IMG/VR virus record: IMGVR_UViG_3300012953_000020
Span: 26,911 to 90,910 of that record
From: a virus
Reading direction: 5' to 3' (one strand)
DNA length: 64,000 nucleotides
In this document: one piece after another, positions 28,201 to 37,900 of the stretch
Numbering within the stretch: position 1 is the stretch's first letter
Layout: every line of letters starts with the position of its first letter
Program-made: the position numbers and the translations under genes
The notes under the pieces: model-generated
The model's database searches: none
Told to the model about the DNA's origin: nothing
The model's input: the letters and a program-made list of their open reading frames with translations, nothing else

Positions 28201-31200
28201 CAGTTATGACGCTGGTGTTATTGTCTAGCGTAAAACCGTCAGCGGTAGTAGTTGTTGTGTCAAAAACTACCTGGAAATCCCTTCCGTCTGGAAGGCGCAT
28301 GCTAAAAGCTGAATCGTTTACCGGCATGTCAGAAAAAGTAAATACTACAGATCCTGTCACTCCTGTCGGCATCATGTGCGGGTAGGCGACATCAACAGAA
28401 GCTAACTGATCGCTGAGTAAATCATCTTTAAATGGTGAATATGAATCCCCAACGATATCGAGTTCCCTAAACTTCCTTTCCAGAAATTTCTTGGGTAAAT
28501 CAGATTTGAACCCTGATTTTGTCCTCAAGAGTAGGTGAGACTCAGCGATCTTAGAAGCTTCATCTTGTGATAACTTCCTATCCAGTATACTCAGCTCTGC
28601 TAGGTTGAAGTTATTATAGAAACTGGCAGCATCGGCGTTTTGCTGCGGTGAGGTGCCGAAATTTGTCGCGACGCCAGAAGTTTTGCTTCCATAGCCTATA
28701 AATAGTCGAGGGTTAATAGATCCCAAGCTATCCTCTGCGTTTTGTGCTCCAGCAGGCGCTGAACCGACTGAAGAGAAAGTAGAATGTCCAACTTGTGCAC
28801 CGTGATTTTCAGAATCATAAAGTGCCATGAAATTAGTTTCGTCGCTGTAATCGAAACCCGCCTCACTAAACGCGATTACCAGCGTGTACCACTTATCTAG
28901 TGGGAGACCTATGGCGTTCCTGTCTATGGTCGCATTCCAATAAGTACTGTCTGCCACGTCGCCATCAGGACGTAGTCTAAACTCAAATTTAGTCTTGTCT
29001 GCCTTTAGGTAATACCTCGCTTTTGCGCTGGTGCCGCCGCCAGACATGGTGAATATCACACCATCTGTCCCAGATACCGGCTCGTTGTTGTAGACGCGGA
29101 CTATGATTGTCTTATGACCTCTTGCCTTTAAACCAGCTGAGCCTTGTGTCATACCGGCAGCGCTGCTAAACCCTCCGCTGAAACCGCTTAACCCAAGATT
29201 GCTAATCTTGGATGTCATATCAGTTGATCCTGATTTAAAAGTAATTGTTCCTGGGCCGCCTTCTGCTACAGGTATGTTAGTGATCAGTGTGTTACCAGCA
29301 GCTTCACCAAAATTACCGCTATTTGTATTAAGTGCATCCTCAGTGACAGTGACAGTAGCCCCAGTGCCACCCTCGATGTTAAGGGAAGCGTCAGATGCAG
29401 TATTACCTGCGACCACTGTAGCTGTGACATTCATAGTAGCATTAGCGTTGATTCTGGTGACCATGTGACTCACGACATTGTCGTTGGTGTTGCCACCGCC
29501 TACGTCGATGCCATAAGCGAAATTTAAATGGCTTACGCTAGCGCTAGTAGAGTGCTCTTGAGTGCTGGCAAGACTCTTGAAAGTGATATAATGCCGAACA
29601 TTTGCACCGAAAGAAGCTGTCTCGTCGGATCCATATTCGTCAACGTTGAAAGGGTGTGCTATGACTGTCGCCTTGAGTCGAGCAGCAAGCGTTTTTACGT
29701 CGTTGGCGCCTTGAATACCGATTGTAGTGCCTGAAGTGGAAGTTGTCGCGTCACTAAACGTGAACGTCACTAAAGTGTTACTTGAATCTCTTAGCGTAAG
29801 CGTCTTTCCGTGCAAATCGCTTATTGTAGTACCCGCCTCTATGTATACAATAAGCTGCTTGCTGTCCAAATAATTGACAGCAGCGAAGTCTATATAATTT
29901 GTGCCGTCGCTGATTCTTAAGCGAGGAGCATTACCACCATTATAACTACCGAAAGCCCCCATTCCGAACTCGCCTCCAGTCACAAACCTGACTCTCTTTC
30001 CGCCGGCGGTGGCTGCGGACTCAAACGCTTCTGAGGTCCTTAAGACAAGACTTATTTTACTGTCTCTTAGAGTCGTCCCATGTAGAACCTTTTTAGGAGT
30101 AGGACCAACAACTGCAGCGCCTATGTATTGTCTCTTGGTCAGTGTTCCATACTCAGAGGGGCTTGAGCTAGAGGTTCCTGACGCTGTAGAGTTTAGCGCG
30201 TCTAGTGTAAGGACTGCTACATCTTGGTCCTTGAGTATACCAGAAGCTGTTCGGTATACATAGTCAACGCTGCCAACAGTGAAGTAAAAAGCTTGACCTG
30301 GTTTATAAAACTCTGGAAATGAAGAAGCCCCAATAGACAGTGTTATGCTACTATCACCATATTGCTGGCCAGCTTGAAGGCTTAGAGTGCCCCAAGAGCT
30401 CAACGCGGTTTTGGTAGACGTCTTTACGTGACCTCCTAAAGTGGGTTTGGAAATAGCAGACTTTAGATTATCAAAAAAGCTTAAATAATTAGTATTCTTG
30501 TCATATCGAACAACAATATCACCTATGCGATAATCATTTGCAGATACTGTCGAGACCCCATCGTAAGCATTAGCCACTAAAGGCTGGCCGGTCTCTGGTA
30601 TATCATAAATCGGATCAGGAAACTCAGCTGAAGTAAATTCAGCAGAAATAAAACCCTCGCTATATGCTGTGCCTGAAACCTCTAAAGAGGCGTGAGTTTC
30701 AGCGCCGGTGCTCTGCACAATTATTTCAAACGCCTTCCTAAAGCTAGTAGATCCTAACGGTGTAATTTCTACAGGCGTTGAAGCGGGGGCACCGGGCTGA
30801 TGATTGATAACGGTAATAGTATCACCGGAAAGCGTAGTATTAAATGCGGCGTTGGCACTTACATCGTCGGATGCTCCTGACTCGGGTCCATGAATGTATG
30901 AAAACGGCAGATCTTCTATTATGCCATCCAAGACAGCGGCAACTCGAGTGGCAGATAATGTCACATCATCAGTGTCTGTGACAGCACAGAACCCAGCGGT
31001 CTTTCCGAACTGGCCGTCGCCGTGCTCGGTAACAGATATTGTTCTTATCGATAGATCACCTGTCCGTCTGGTTTTGGGTTGTAATATCAGGCTAGCTGCA
31101 GTGTCCCCCCCTGTAAAGACACCATTGGACGCCGCTGAGGCTGAGCCAACCGTGGTGTTAGCAAGGTTACTTGTTACCGTGGTGTTACCTGCAGAGCCTT

Positions 31201-34200
31201 TAGCTTTTTGAGTTATCGTTATAGCAGCCCCAGACACTGCGCTCACTGTGACCAACGAAGCTATGGTACTTTGTTCAATGGCAGATTTCAGTGCGATAGC
31301 AGAAGAGGTGCTTGAGCCGGCAACAGAAAAAAGTGTAGCGCTTGTTGTGCTAGCATGAGCAGTAATCGTTGCTGAAGTGGTGGTCGAAGCGTCAGCGTTG
31401 AGAGCAACAATCGTGATTGCGTTACCTGCCGTTGGAGTATTAGAGAAAGTAATTGTTACTGAAGCCGCTGAAGAGGCTCCTACATCAAGTGCAATAACGT
31501 CCAAATTGCTGGCGTTAATTTTCCTCACAAACTCGTCCACCACGACATCAGATGCTCTAGATGTACCAACACCAATTTGAGTGTTAGACGATGCGTCTGC
31601 ACCTCCCGATGTGGTCGCTGTAGTGTACGTAACTGTTGTTGCCCCGTCCGAAATGACTAGAGTATCGCCCGGGTCTATATTACTTGACGTAAAGTTACCA
31701 GTGAACGAGACTGTCTTGGCACCTGCAACTCGGACGGCGGTGTGGCCGTCGGAAGTTGCAGCAGAAGCAGAATTTGTTACCTCTAGCTTGTAGATATTAT
31801 TTAGTTTGTCTACCAGATGTATTTGTTTCCCGTTTGCTTGGGTAATTGTCGGGCACTTGACGGTAAAGCGCATGTAAGATTTGTCAATATCTAACCTTAG
31901 AGACTCTTCAAAATCGCCTGAGTGAGTTAAGATATTGCTTAGTGTCCCCGCTGCAGAGCTGGCTATACTGGCCATTATCGCGCTCTTTAAGTTAGCGACG
32001 GTGAGGGTGGCTAATCGGCTTGCAGGAATGGGTACAGTAACATTAGACGTGTCTTGACCTGAGATTGAGCTAGCTGATTCGCTAAAGGTAAATGTCACAG
32101 TTGTGTTTGTGAGATCAGTCAGCTTCAGCTGCTTACCGGTTGTTAAATTAGGATTATCTACAAACAGGGTAGTTGAGTTTTGGGAGTTACTAAAGCTAGC
32201 GCAAGATTGCTGTCTCCTCACTGGGTCAGGGAAATAAACAGGAGAAAATTTCTGAGCGTTACTGGGGATAGCTATACTCTGCGTCAGCCCAGATGTCACG
32301 GTCACAAGGCTTGTTTTTTGTTCAAGCTTTATATAAGAAAATGTATCTGTCTCATTAAAGACAGATGCGCTAACGTTCAAATCAGAGTCTGCGTTTATTA
32401 AGTCTGTTATGTTGTTTGCTGCAGTGGGGACCGTGTTATCATAAGCCAGCCGAGTTGCGCTGTAGATGGTGAATATCTCTGAATCTGTTAGGATTGAGTT
32501 CCAGATCGCGAATTCAGCAATTTTTCCCTGGAAGGCCCTCGTACCGTTATGGCGGTTACCTATACAGGCTGCTTCAGTGTTAGAGCTAAAACCGACGTAT
32601 GTGCCTAGCGGTTCATCTATCTCATCCGGATTATCAGTAATTAATACACCGTTGATATACATTCTGGGGTTGTTGGCGATATTATTGGCATCGTAAGTAA
32701 CGACTACGTGATGCCAATTGTTATCTAGATTAGCTACTGCGGCTGGGGTTCTCCAGTCACCGTATGATGAGGACCACTTTGTATAGAAGCCGACTTTGTT
32801 ATTATTTGCAGTTCCGTCTTTAACAATATAGACGAACATGTCTCCGCCGATGTCAAATATCCTGGGATAATTACCGGTACCGTTACCTGTTACGTAAATC
32901 CAAGCAGAAATAGATACCTTTTTTGTGGTGCCAGAAGTAGCGCCCACTATAGCGCTCCACTGGCTGGCGGTCCCTACATTCACAAAGTCGTTGCCGCCTA
33001 TGAAGGTATAAGCTGGGTGATTTTTATTCCCAAGCGTGTTAGATGTAATCTTCAATGATAGATCGTTAACGCTATATGACGGAACTATGGCTGTGGCAGA
33101 TCCAGTAGCCGTCAAAATTGTTCCGAGCCGTACATATTTCTGCAAACTTTGATCTGAACGATAGGATGACATGGGTCTAGCATACAGCTCATGAACTTCA
33201 TCAACAGTTAGAACCCTTTTCCAGAAACCGAAATCAGCGTAAAGACCTTTTAGGTACCTAGTAGCAGCGTTAGATCCGTAATCGGTTCCAAGGATTGTCT
33301 CATTAACAGTCGCTCCAGCTCCACCAATAGCGACTGTTTGAATAGTGCCGGCAGCTGCTGTGACAGTAGTGGTCGAGGCAGCCCTGCCGTTTACGTAGAT
33401 AATTGGTATATTTGAAGCGCTGGTTCCATCGTAAGTGATCGCGATGTGAATCCAGCCGGGAGTCTCGTAGCGAGATGTTGCAGTGGACGTTTCGTCTGCA
33501 TGAGAAGCGTTCGCAATGCTGACAATAGATTCTACCGTTCTCACCACCAGATCAGTAGTCGACCAACTCCTGTGGAACTCTAACTTTCCGCTAATGTCAG
33601 ATTTTGATCTGATTCGGATGGCATACTTACCCGCCTGAGTACTAAAAATTGTCTGAATATCACTACTGTTGGTGGCTGAATCAGACGGGCTTTGGTTTGA
33701 ATGCGGTCTAACCCAGCAAGAGAATGTCGATATGTGTCCTGAGCTTGCCCCTGAAATTGCGTCCCATTGAGTTCTTGTTCCCATGGAGAGATGCTGGTGT
33801 GTATCAATAGCAGTGTCAAGGGAGCGGCGCCACATATTGTTATGAGCTGCCGGCAATATCGCAGGAACGGACTGATCTACAAACGCATTCGTACCATGAC
33901 TGGTATCGTTATAAGCGAAAGCCAGCGTTTCAGTACCCACGTTGGCTGGAGAAGCCGAGAATGTACCTATCCAGACTTTGGCATCCTTAATCAGGTCATA
34001 GCTTCCAGAAGCATAAGCTTTCTCGTATGTAGAAGGAGCAGCAGAACCTGTTGGTAAATAGTTAGCTCGGGCAGCAAGATTATAACCGGCGTTTGGGATA
34101 AACGCGCTAAAGGCAGAGCCCGTTGCGAAAATAGTAAAGGCCGCTGAATCAACTTTGTACTGTCTTCTAGTGGGTGAAGAATCAAAATCTGCTATAGAAA

Positions 34201-34936
34201 ATGAAAAGTCAGCATTTCTACCGTCATCAATCCCAAAGTATTTTCCGTTAGCCGGGGATATGCCACTCTGCAAGGACAACCTCTGAGTTGACGGCTGAGC
34301 TCTGTCTTCATAAAAAAGAGAAGAATAATTCTTGACTATGTCTCCGTCATCCGATGTCGGGATTGTTATAGATAGCCTTGACCCAGAAATTTCGTTCCTT
34401 CTAAATGGTATAGAGCTGCTGACACAAAGCTCTGCTATATGGGGTGCAGCAGATAGTAGTTCTAGAGATCTAGGGTTGTATCTGGTAAGAATCTTAGAGC
34501 TAAAATTCTCTGGTTGATACATGAAAAAATAGTTAGCTACAAAACTCTTTCCATCAACCGTAACCTGTTTGCTTATGAACGGAGAAATATTAGAAAGAAA
34601 ATTCGAATACTGCACAGACATATTGTCGACGTTGTTCGGGACAGAATCTGCATCTGATGATGCGGATACAATATACGTGTTCATAGCCCCATCAGATCCA
34701 GATGCATTGAAAACTAGACTTGACTTAACACCTTCTATCTTTTGAAATTTTTGGTTAATAAAAACGATGTTGTTTAATCCATCGTCCTCTAGATATCTAT
34801 TCTGTACTGCGTCGTCAACAAATCGATCAAAGACAAAGTTTGCTATGACGTTTCGACTAACGTTTATTCTGCCTTCTCGATGCTGAACATCAGCTAGTAG
34901 GTCTGGTACAATTCTCTTCTTTCTGCTATCAAACAT
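19274..34936 (-). CDS. Giant multidomain virion protein (5220 aa) with LamG/ConA-like domains and many inserted modules
   Basis: Single 15.7-kb ORF. LamG motifs: FSCWV..WIHIAITYDG..LKGLYADFGFWKRVLT; ISAWIY..WHHVVVTYD..FQGKIAEFAIWNSILT; DKWYTLVIAF..LAELSILDRKLS. Shares modules with neighbouring genes. Confidence 0.85.
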   Translation of the reverse strand: MFDSRKKRIVPDLLADVQHREGRINVSRNVIANFVFDRFVDDAVQNRYLEDDGLNNIVFINQKFQKIEGVKSSLVFNASGSDGAMNTYIVSASSDADSVPNNVDNMSVQYSNFLSNISPFISKQVTVDGKSFVANYFFMYQPENFSSKILTRYNPRSLELLSAAPHIAELCVSSSIPFRRNEISGSRLSITIPTSDDGDIVKNYSSLFYEDRAQPSTQRLSLQSGISPANGKYFGIDDGRNADFSFSIADFDSSPTRRQYKVDSAAFTIFATGSAFSAFIPNAGYNLAARANYLPTGSAAPSTYEKAYASGSYDLIKDAKVWIGTFSASPANVGTETLAFAYNDTSHGTNAFVDQSVPAILPAAHNNMWRRSLDTAIDTHQHLSMGTRTQWDAISGASSGHISTFSCWVRPHSNQSPSDSATNSSDIQTIFSTQAGKYAIRIRSKSDISGKLEFHRSWSTTDLVVRTVESIVSIANASHADETSTATSRYETPGWIHIAITYDGTSASNIPIIYVNGRAASTTTVTAAAGTIQTVAIGGAGATVNETILGTDYGSNAATRYLKGLYADFGFWKRVLTVDEVHELYARPMSSYRSDQSLQKYVRLGTILTATGSATAIVPSYSVNDLSLKITSNTLGNKNHPAYTFIGGNDFVNVGTASQWSAIVGATSGTTKKVSISAWIYVTGNGTGNYPRIFDIGGDMFVYIVKDGTANNNKVGFYTKWSSSYGDWRTPAAVANLDNNWHHVVVTYDANNIANNPRMYINGVLITDNPDEIDEPLGTYVGFSSNTEAACIGNRHNGTRAFQGKIAEFAIWNSILTDSEIFTIYSATRLAYDNTVPTAANNITDLINADSDLNVSASVFNETDTFSYIKLEQKTSLVTVTSGLTQSIAIPSNAQKFSPVYFPDPVRRQQSCASFSNSQNSTTLFVDNPNLTTGKQLKLTDLTNTTVTFTFSESASSISGQDTSNVTVPIPASRLATLTVANLKSAIMASIASSAAGTLSNILTHSGDFEESLRLDIDKSYMRFTVKCPTITQANGKQIHLVDKLNNIYKLEVTNSASAATSDGHTAVRVAGAKTVSFTGNFTSSNIDPGDTLVISDGATTVTYTTATTSGGADASSNTQIGVGTSRASDVVVDEFVRKINASNLDVIALDVGASSAASVTITFSNTPTAGNAITIVALNADASTTTSATITAHASTTSATLFSVAGSSTSSAIALKSAIEQSTIASLVTVSAVSGAAITITQKAKGSAGNTTVTSNLANTTVGSASAASNGVFTGGDTAASLILQPKTRRTGDLSIRTISVTEHGDGQFGKTAGFCAVTDTDDVTLSATRVAAVLDGIIEDLPFSYIHGPESGASDDVSANAAFNTTLSGDTITVINHQPGAPASTPVEITPLGSTSFRKAFEIIVQSTGAETHASLEVSGTAYSEGFISAEFTSAEFPDPIYDIPETGQPLVANAYDGVSTVSANDYRIGDIVVRYDKNTNYLSFFDNLKSAISKPTLGGHVKTSTKTALSSWGTLSLQAGQQYGDSSITLSIGASSFPEFYKPGQAFYFTVGSVDYVYRTASGILKDQDVAVLTLDALNSTASGTSSSSPSEYGTLTKRQYIGAAVVGPTPKKVLHGTTLRDSKISLVLRTSEAFESAATAGGKRVRFVTGGEFGMGAFGSYNGGNAPRLRISDGTNYIDFAAVNYLDSKQLIVYIEAGTTISDLHGKTLTLRDSSNTLVTFTFSDATTSTSGTTIGIQGANDVKTLAARLKATVIAHPFNVDEYGSDETASFGANVRHYITFKSLASTQEHSTSASVSHLNFAYGIDVGGGNTNDNVVSHMVTRINANATMNVTATVVAGNTASDASLNIEGGTGATVTVTEDALNTNSGNFGEAAGNTLITNIPVAEGGPGTITFKSGSTDMTSKISNLGLSGFSGGFSSAAGMTQGSAGLKARGHKTIIVRVYNNEPVSGTDGVIFTMSGGGTSAKARYYLKADKTKFEFRLRPDGDVADSTYWNATIDRNAIGLPLDKWYTLVIAFSEAGFDYSDETNFMALYDSENHGAQVGHSTFSSVGSAPAGAQNAEDSLGSINPRLFIGYGSKTSGVATNFGTSPQQNADAASFYNNFNLAELSILDRKLSQDEASKIAESHLLLRTKSGFKSDLPKKFLERKFRELDIVGDSYSPFKDDLLSDQLASVDVAYPHMMPTGVTGSVVFTFSDMPVNDSAFSMRLPDGRDFQVVFDTTTTTADGFTLDNNTSVITDSSNIKAPVAAATRFGCGINSLSTQTAVVDQLQGLLNKIRKYSGIPVKVSRLSFNSIKIEYQAAGSASSEYNSSAKVVTFNNTFDTGNIPTSQVLQISNGTATSSYTTAAGSGDNLDHADSDKVGIGTDRAATLAVAELVAKINAVSSFGITAINNGGSSNKASMTLIPDFGKSLTITENPSSDNEFGKRADFCLIQPAPTSLCVVSSSPASNITVSDLRMSGLKSPDPRLVDFSSTPRDKKIVVGRKVAEDVKATIECSATGLQNFIEGSAVDQEYIENLLSDPTAERDINRQFVDVQNQPRSYKDNNTPLKPIISFVVQGIRYSARLDSKLTMASSNRYNVGTSDLTSSSDLATSLANSIADSVAKDNLPIEVSTNNAVITLTPNDPDASVSRVNFIGYGTSTQSPSSFLFDITGFNLMLNPDVSLAARESLFIREPSLTISKPFVDDDRMDIALSYFAAGSVLSGSASRFNAGTRNRVRIEIDINPSQKTTLGFTTGSADATSDGFAVANYNPMGYFNFADKKWESITKSTFSPKIETDRTAAAAGTTRNQAIIDAVAAFQDGAPIGFGGTYGFSIHRKDVLGLACAYISYVSGSAFSLTETHSNTLGSGASLLAASPASVTFGSSGNLTFADASAASDFASANPSGTLIEIKKDSTQHYVEIAMGTYAGGTSVVVPFTRSKHNAGISGGSLARADMESFKRIGTTGRGRQITAGHKLQLTSTDGTTKDYVFVDRDDFTTLSTGATVVDGAAVDRFGTSAVVTAKNGAVAVALTTTTSGVNNQSLLFQLKSAISVGHTDKINCTLPLDTQKSTWGSIVSLTASGSPSGFVVNSNLVVTFEIAFGRSYDAGTRLYFYVSPGTYRVYTLDSQVGPSAKVATLVPDLNYSTNVSAPVSTSDITDYGIVDPLKETPLKLEQVLPGAAGNQRIYNTIEPLRITGHAKVRYKLKYVGNPNSGQRICVVLDGTSDGYGNPGKSETQYRFFVSGTTGAISGRIVTVVVDSSSAKATYDNVMKAIIANNSGVEVSNTGSGNDGELVIDFYHDQVSIFPQVFLGNGSDDVVANATLTMEKTFTGAEAEDFAGKYTSFVGGIHTAENDRNRGTDFNDLHYAELPLRARPISSFGFPFSDTFKPSDGQRLNLSNYLDGPFMLEKFEIICSSSIRDEVQEGIARILPETSDDLPFSNYGNLNGVTYSNTDSSKSSSLISYMGLYDDRFRNIEAQRLYERFYPHTNRTQPFALLTNSYSNHGNRLTSFTKERLEKEGAYHRVGGNIYNRDDQFTGYLTSGDTSNATTNEGSAFWRCDTFFLMREKPCVDTTFSVPIPGAVKSTALDALTGPTGGRMYLQVFADGQSAFSGLVPETHPKTYEVYGHPYLIDYIAWPNPTAVLGHFFGSATDAHINIWLRTFTSDTNLPYLEITPHSPAFDPFIKNSIIKGRKYRIYSAGSGFPGSAELSNIYSSTPEAGDNTPASEAHAGVTYSNVFTALRTMNAVLKVTDGDGAHGMTAGQKITINSADGTVVDYFISDTGDGGRAHLATVTAGQTLKSNGSSPATTATLTSGATGIAVGFDFSSSPPTQHGVLTLLREAIVHSNGHNNKLVVSAVPSEASGIQRIYLSETNANTGSAAVSNITNLAVETTSANVKVREIPHKIRIYIVTSRGFDSFLDGPTVGAATTGADYAAWFGMLRRGILYDTATPVVINNDVNKRYSGEGLIFGIDAKNVYQQFAGAGPYYQPHIFELFLSIRQIIKFVQEYTNPIDNLPYISANSLTARLGGTTSDTLTVSIDNVSSLDFSSSDLQTEASITSNQDTNLSRYLYYTLDDRMRDFRGDQYQNTFAYEHSVSGGYGDPGLIRPFANATPVDATPSPHATSEFVYSGNTIDRPPSTDTAPGQEEYRSYIRAGGFNITSQSCSITNSTRELIAYSQVAYHGYAMMAYENSGKLGHYYFVNDPGHLYYRGTDHITASTGSNKQTMEHPHLGVFGSFETTGSNGLNLLENGLGRELNIKIDADPHDNPFVDVLYSSQGPRNTVTGLKFSIPKKVSSLNHSKKGSSGPFKGEDGTTDLVDNAGGSLAGITAPAGLQAIRFVSHATATSHANTYKGNYNLHSGLIAVKGSCKTTPKLAKYFPYRLAILDQYDNPSQATLPQFVNVSPTANFIGSYDFDGLGGTRAAKTVSGDAPSGQSFKLNQMSFYLDSFDQFDPTKDQYKSFFTEDISTGTNFEEENPYILEPEDDIVLGFQTAVPGFHSGFPSFVNLGGGQIPPQLDDMGNRQTVHSVGNRTRAIDTGKCIETTFGPHSQSKLVLYGSYIQNNVPRYPKRKTDYVNPGVVYSVIGDETYDQYELRLDSEFSGSMASEIISPTSFVRTNSSVSTITFGSRTNEVGGSPKALLTTGSVDRFMSIYKGDSSNISENHDLVFFDSLPVDISKYMPAHVPGKKIVPTKFLTSGSRQSDFSMSPVLLQVHTENGTYIDDNNLALFIGAPIRQRNTYFNDTLGSLYADTAESAPSATITQATTSITMGQLANIQLSVRGAVAAVSGGETQIEFRDHAADDGDFMIFNVTSIASSGGTRNVLNLEFVKGKENASISLHTNTRVIVRSKDHVDAATNLPISTFESQFVADWRHRFIFETYNFDEAGNRVNIFAEEDFDPADNRDLTKTEEFANFGLNTSDDKYNFAGKESGGTLKIFQSPTVKKQLTITNTNATAAFFDKSSNLNTDTLVSVMKATQGGDYSDVYHTFYDAGTQKIKITDLSGATLQPVYTDQIDQVNDSSFRQAAALLFGFGSGVNRNLMTVNTGSMSGHDGVGFPDNFTAAASDAYGGGNWNALPEQTRQTLEHPKGVKYGMMNYDHLRPKVVFRRNHFGYFCDLLEGRKLAVCTNVEGTFNNNNEISADNRTVTVETRFFDPARREITNNSALNLLFSQNLDRYQRSRVPFFDLPHPSRGGKGGRVRLNSEIIQEQISIFSPGDGDPFSEF

Positions 34937-37900
34937 ATCTTAAACCGCCAAAAGCTATGGAGTCTGTACCTGGGTGCGGTGAAGAAAAATCAAAGCCGGC
35001 TCTTCTTCTAAAGTTTTCTGCGCCCAAATTTGTATCATCTATATGATTCAATTCCTGTACCTGTAGTACCAGTTTATCGATCTCATTAGACTCTGGGTTG
35101 TTACCGTTCAAGGGGTTAGCTTGAAAAATCCTCTCCTCAGTGTCTATATAAGGTCTAATTCTGGCATCATTCTTAAAAATAATACCTGGCACTCTTGCGT
35201 AAAAAACATTATTCGCCTGCTGGGTGGCATCTAGATCAGTGTATTGTATTAACGCTTGACCATTTTGGACCACCAACTCCGTAACTGTTGGGCAGTTGTC
35301 AAAGAAAGCCACATTCTTGGCTTCCTCAAAATTTATTTTGTTGTGTATAAGACATGCTTCGTTTCTTATAGAAGAAAAAGAATATTCACCGCCCATTTCC
35401 CCCTTAAGACCCCGCATAGGGGCTTCAGCAGTGTTTCTTTCTAGCATTAAGGTTCTTATGTCAAGAGGCTCTATGGTACCGTCAGTTTCAAAACCCAAGA
35501 TATTCCCTAAATTATTTACCTGGACTGGGAACCTTACATGAGGTGATGCGGTTAGGAAAAAGACTGGATCGATGTCCAGTGTATTTGGATAGTCGCCTGA
35601 TACTAATCGAGGCCCGTTCATAGAAAGATCATCATAAAACTTTAAGTCGCTAGTTCTTTTTCCGAATCCAAAACTGCGCACTTCAACATCATGATTAGGT
35701 TTTATATAGTGAGAAAGACCGGGGCCCGGGTCTCGAAGCTCTATGTTGAAAACAGGGGCGGAGAAATCCTCTATATTATAAACATTGTCAAAAGATCTAA
35801 AACCAAGACCCTCCATGGCCTCTACGCCGTTTCCTCCCCAATTTGGGTATGCGTCGCCATGAAGACTTGTTAACTTAACTGACTTGCTAGATATGTAGTC
35901 ATTCGCTCCTGAAAAGCCTGAAACTTCATAAGCTGCGGGTAAAGAGTCGGTGATATTGTTATTTCCTGCTGTACCGCCCACGACCTGCTTCATGTTCAGA
36001 TGTTGTATTGTTGATGGGTCATCACCTGCCGAATTTACGCCACCAATGTAGATCACGCTATCAGAGTTACCTGCGTTATGACCGTTTTCGCTGTTGATAG
36101 CCTTAGCCAATTCAAGCAAAACGTCTCTTCTTTTAGCGGTGGACTTTATATTGACAGCGACTGTGCCTATACTCGCGTGCCCTCCGGAAACTGTAGAACC
36201 GTCTGCGTAAGATGAACCTTGGCGTATTATTTCGCCTGTTTGAATTGCTTTATTTCCCGATGAACCCCCGTGCACGATTGTGTACGTTTTGGCAAGATCA
36301 GAAGTGGAAGTTAAACTAATAGAGTTTAAAGCAGTTGTTCCATGAGCCGCAGTGTCTGCGTCTTCGACCTTTATACTAGCGGCAGCGTGATTAATCGCTG
36401 GTGTAACTTTTAGGTTACCATCTGATACAGCTAAAGCGATCGTGTCATAAACTCTGTTTTTTAAATCGTGTGCGTTCTGGACACCTTTGGTACCGATGTG
36501 GTAAGCGTTTACAGGAAACATCTCTTGGACAGTTCCGTGGTTTGTGCCGTCAGTGCCGCCCCCTAGAACGCCGCCGTTATCTCCCTCAATGACTGAAGTT
36601 GCAACAAAAACCTCTCCTACATTAGGCGAATTTGAAGATGCACCTAGGGCCTTCCAGTTTGTTGTGGATGCTACACTCAGTATCTTATATTCTTTCCTCT
36701 TTCGTAAGGAATCTTTATCATTCACCTTTATAGCTGGGTTTGGTACGTGGGGAGAGATAATAGGAGTGTAAAGCGCTTCGTTAGATGACAGATAAATTTT
36801 CTTTGAGTCTTGATTAAACGACCCAGGACTAGAAAGAGTAGAAGCGTTACCTGATTCAAAGAAACCAGTCACATCATCTCTCATAAAAGAAAAATATGTG
36901 CTTTTGTCGCTAGAAACAAGACCCTCTGTCATAGAAATCTCTATGCTGGTTAATTTGGTCGTGGTCTCAAAAATAGATATAGTATATTGAAAATTTGCCT
37001 CAGAAACTGTTTTAAGAACAAAATTTAGAGGGGTAGCCTTAGTCAACTTATCCAAAAGCTCCTTGAATAAATTCATGAACCGTCTTTTTATATTCGAAGA
37101 TGGAGCGAATGGGTTAATCCTAACCTCAGTTGACTTTCGCTCAGTGTCAAAGCTTATGCTGTAGTCTTTTATCGCTTTTAGTCTAGGGCTTATGTTAAAG
37201 TTTATTAAAAATGAATCATCTGGTTGGTTTGTATCAACAGTGGGTATTCTATCATTAAAAGTAGTATACTTTATCGACATAAAAACTGTATCGGGCGCGT
37301 TTGAGGCTTCAAGATCTGGACATTGGAAAAATACGCTAGTGTCCCTTGTCGAAGAAGACCACCTCCTACCGTCAGTCACAAGATCATGGAACATTACGTC
37401 GCCGGAATCTTTAGCAATCATCTTCCAGTTTTCTAACCCAAAAGATCCGGTTGCGAATGCTGGGTTTGTGGTGTCTAGACCGTCTTGAAATAACTTCTTA
37501 CCGATAGCCGAATCTAAATGGACTTTTACAACTCCTGTGCCAGATCCTAAATTAGTTCCGCTAGATGCAGGCACTGTGAATGTTGTTCCGGCTGCATTTG
37601 AGCTAGCAAAAAACGGGGTCTTAGTAAAATCTGTCCTTGGACCCGGTGCACCGAACTCATTTCGGGTAAAAGTAGAAACAATTTCATATTTTACTCCTTC
37701 ATGCAAAGAGCCAACGTTCACTAACGAGTTGTGGTGATCTTGCACAATCAAGAGCGTGTCATCAAAAACTATCCTTGAAGTTATTCCAGTGGAAACAGAA
37801 TTGTAGTTAATGATCCTGTTTATATCAAAAGTAGTCCTTTTTATCTTTTGTTCATCAGAATTAAAAGTGTCAGTATACGGCTCTGCGACACCTGTCGTTT

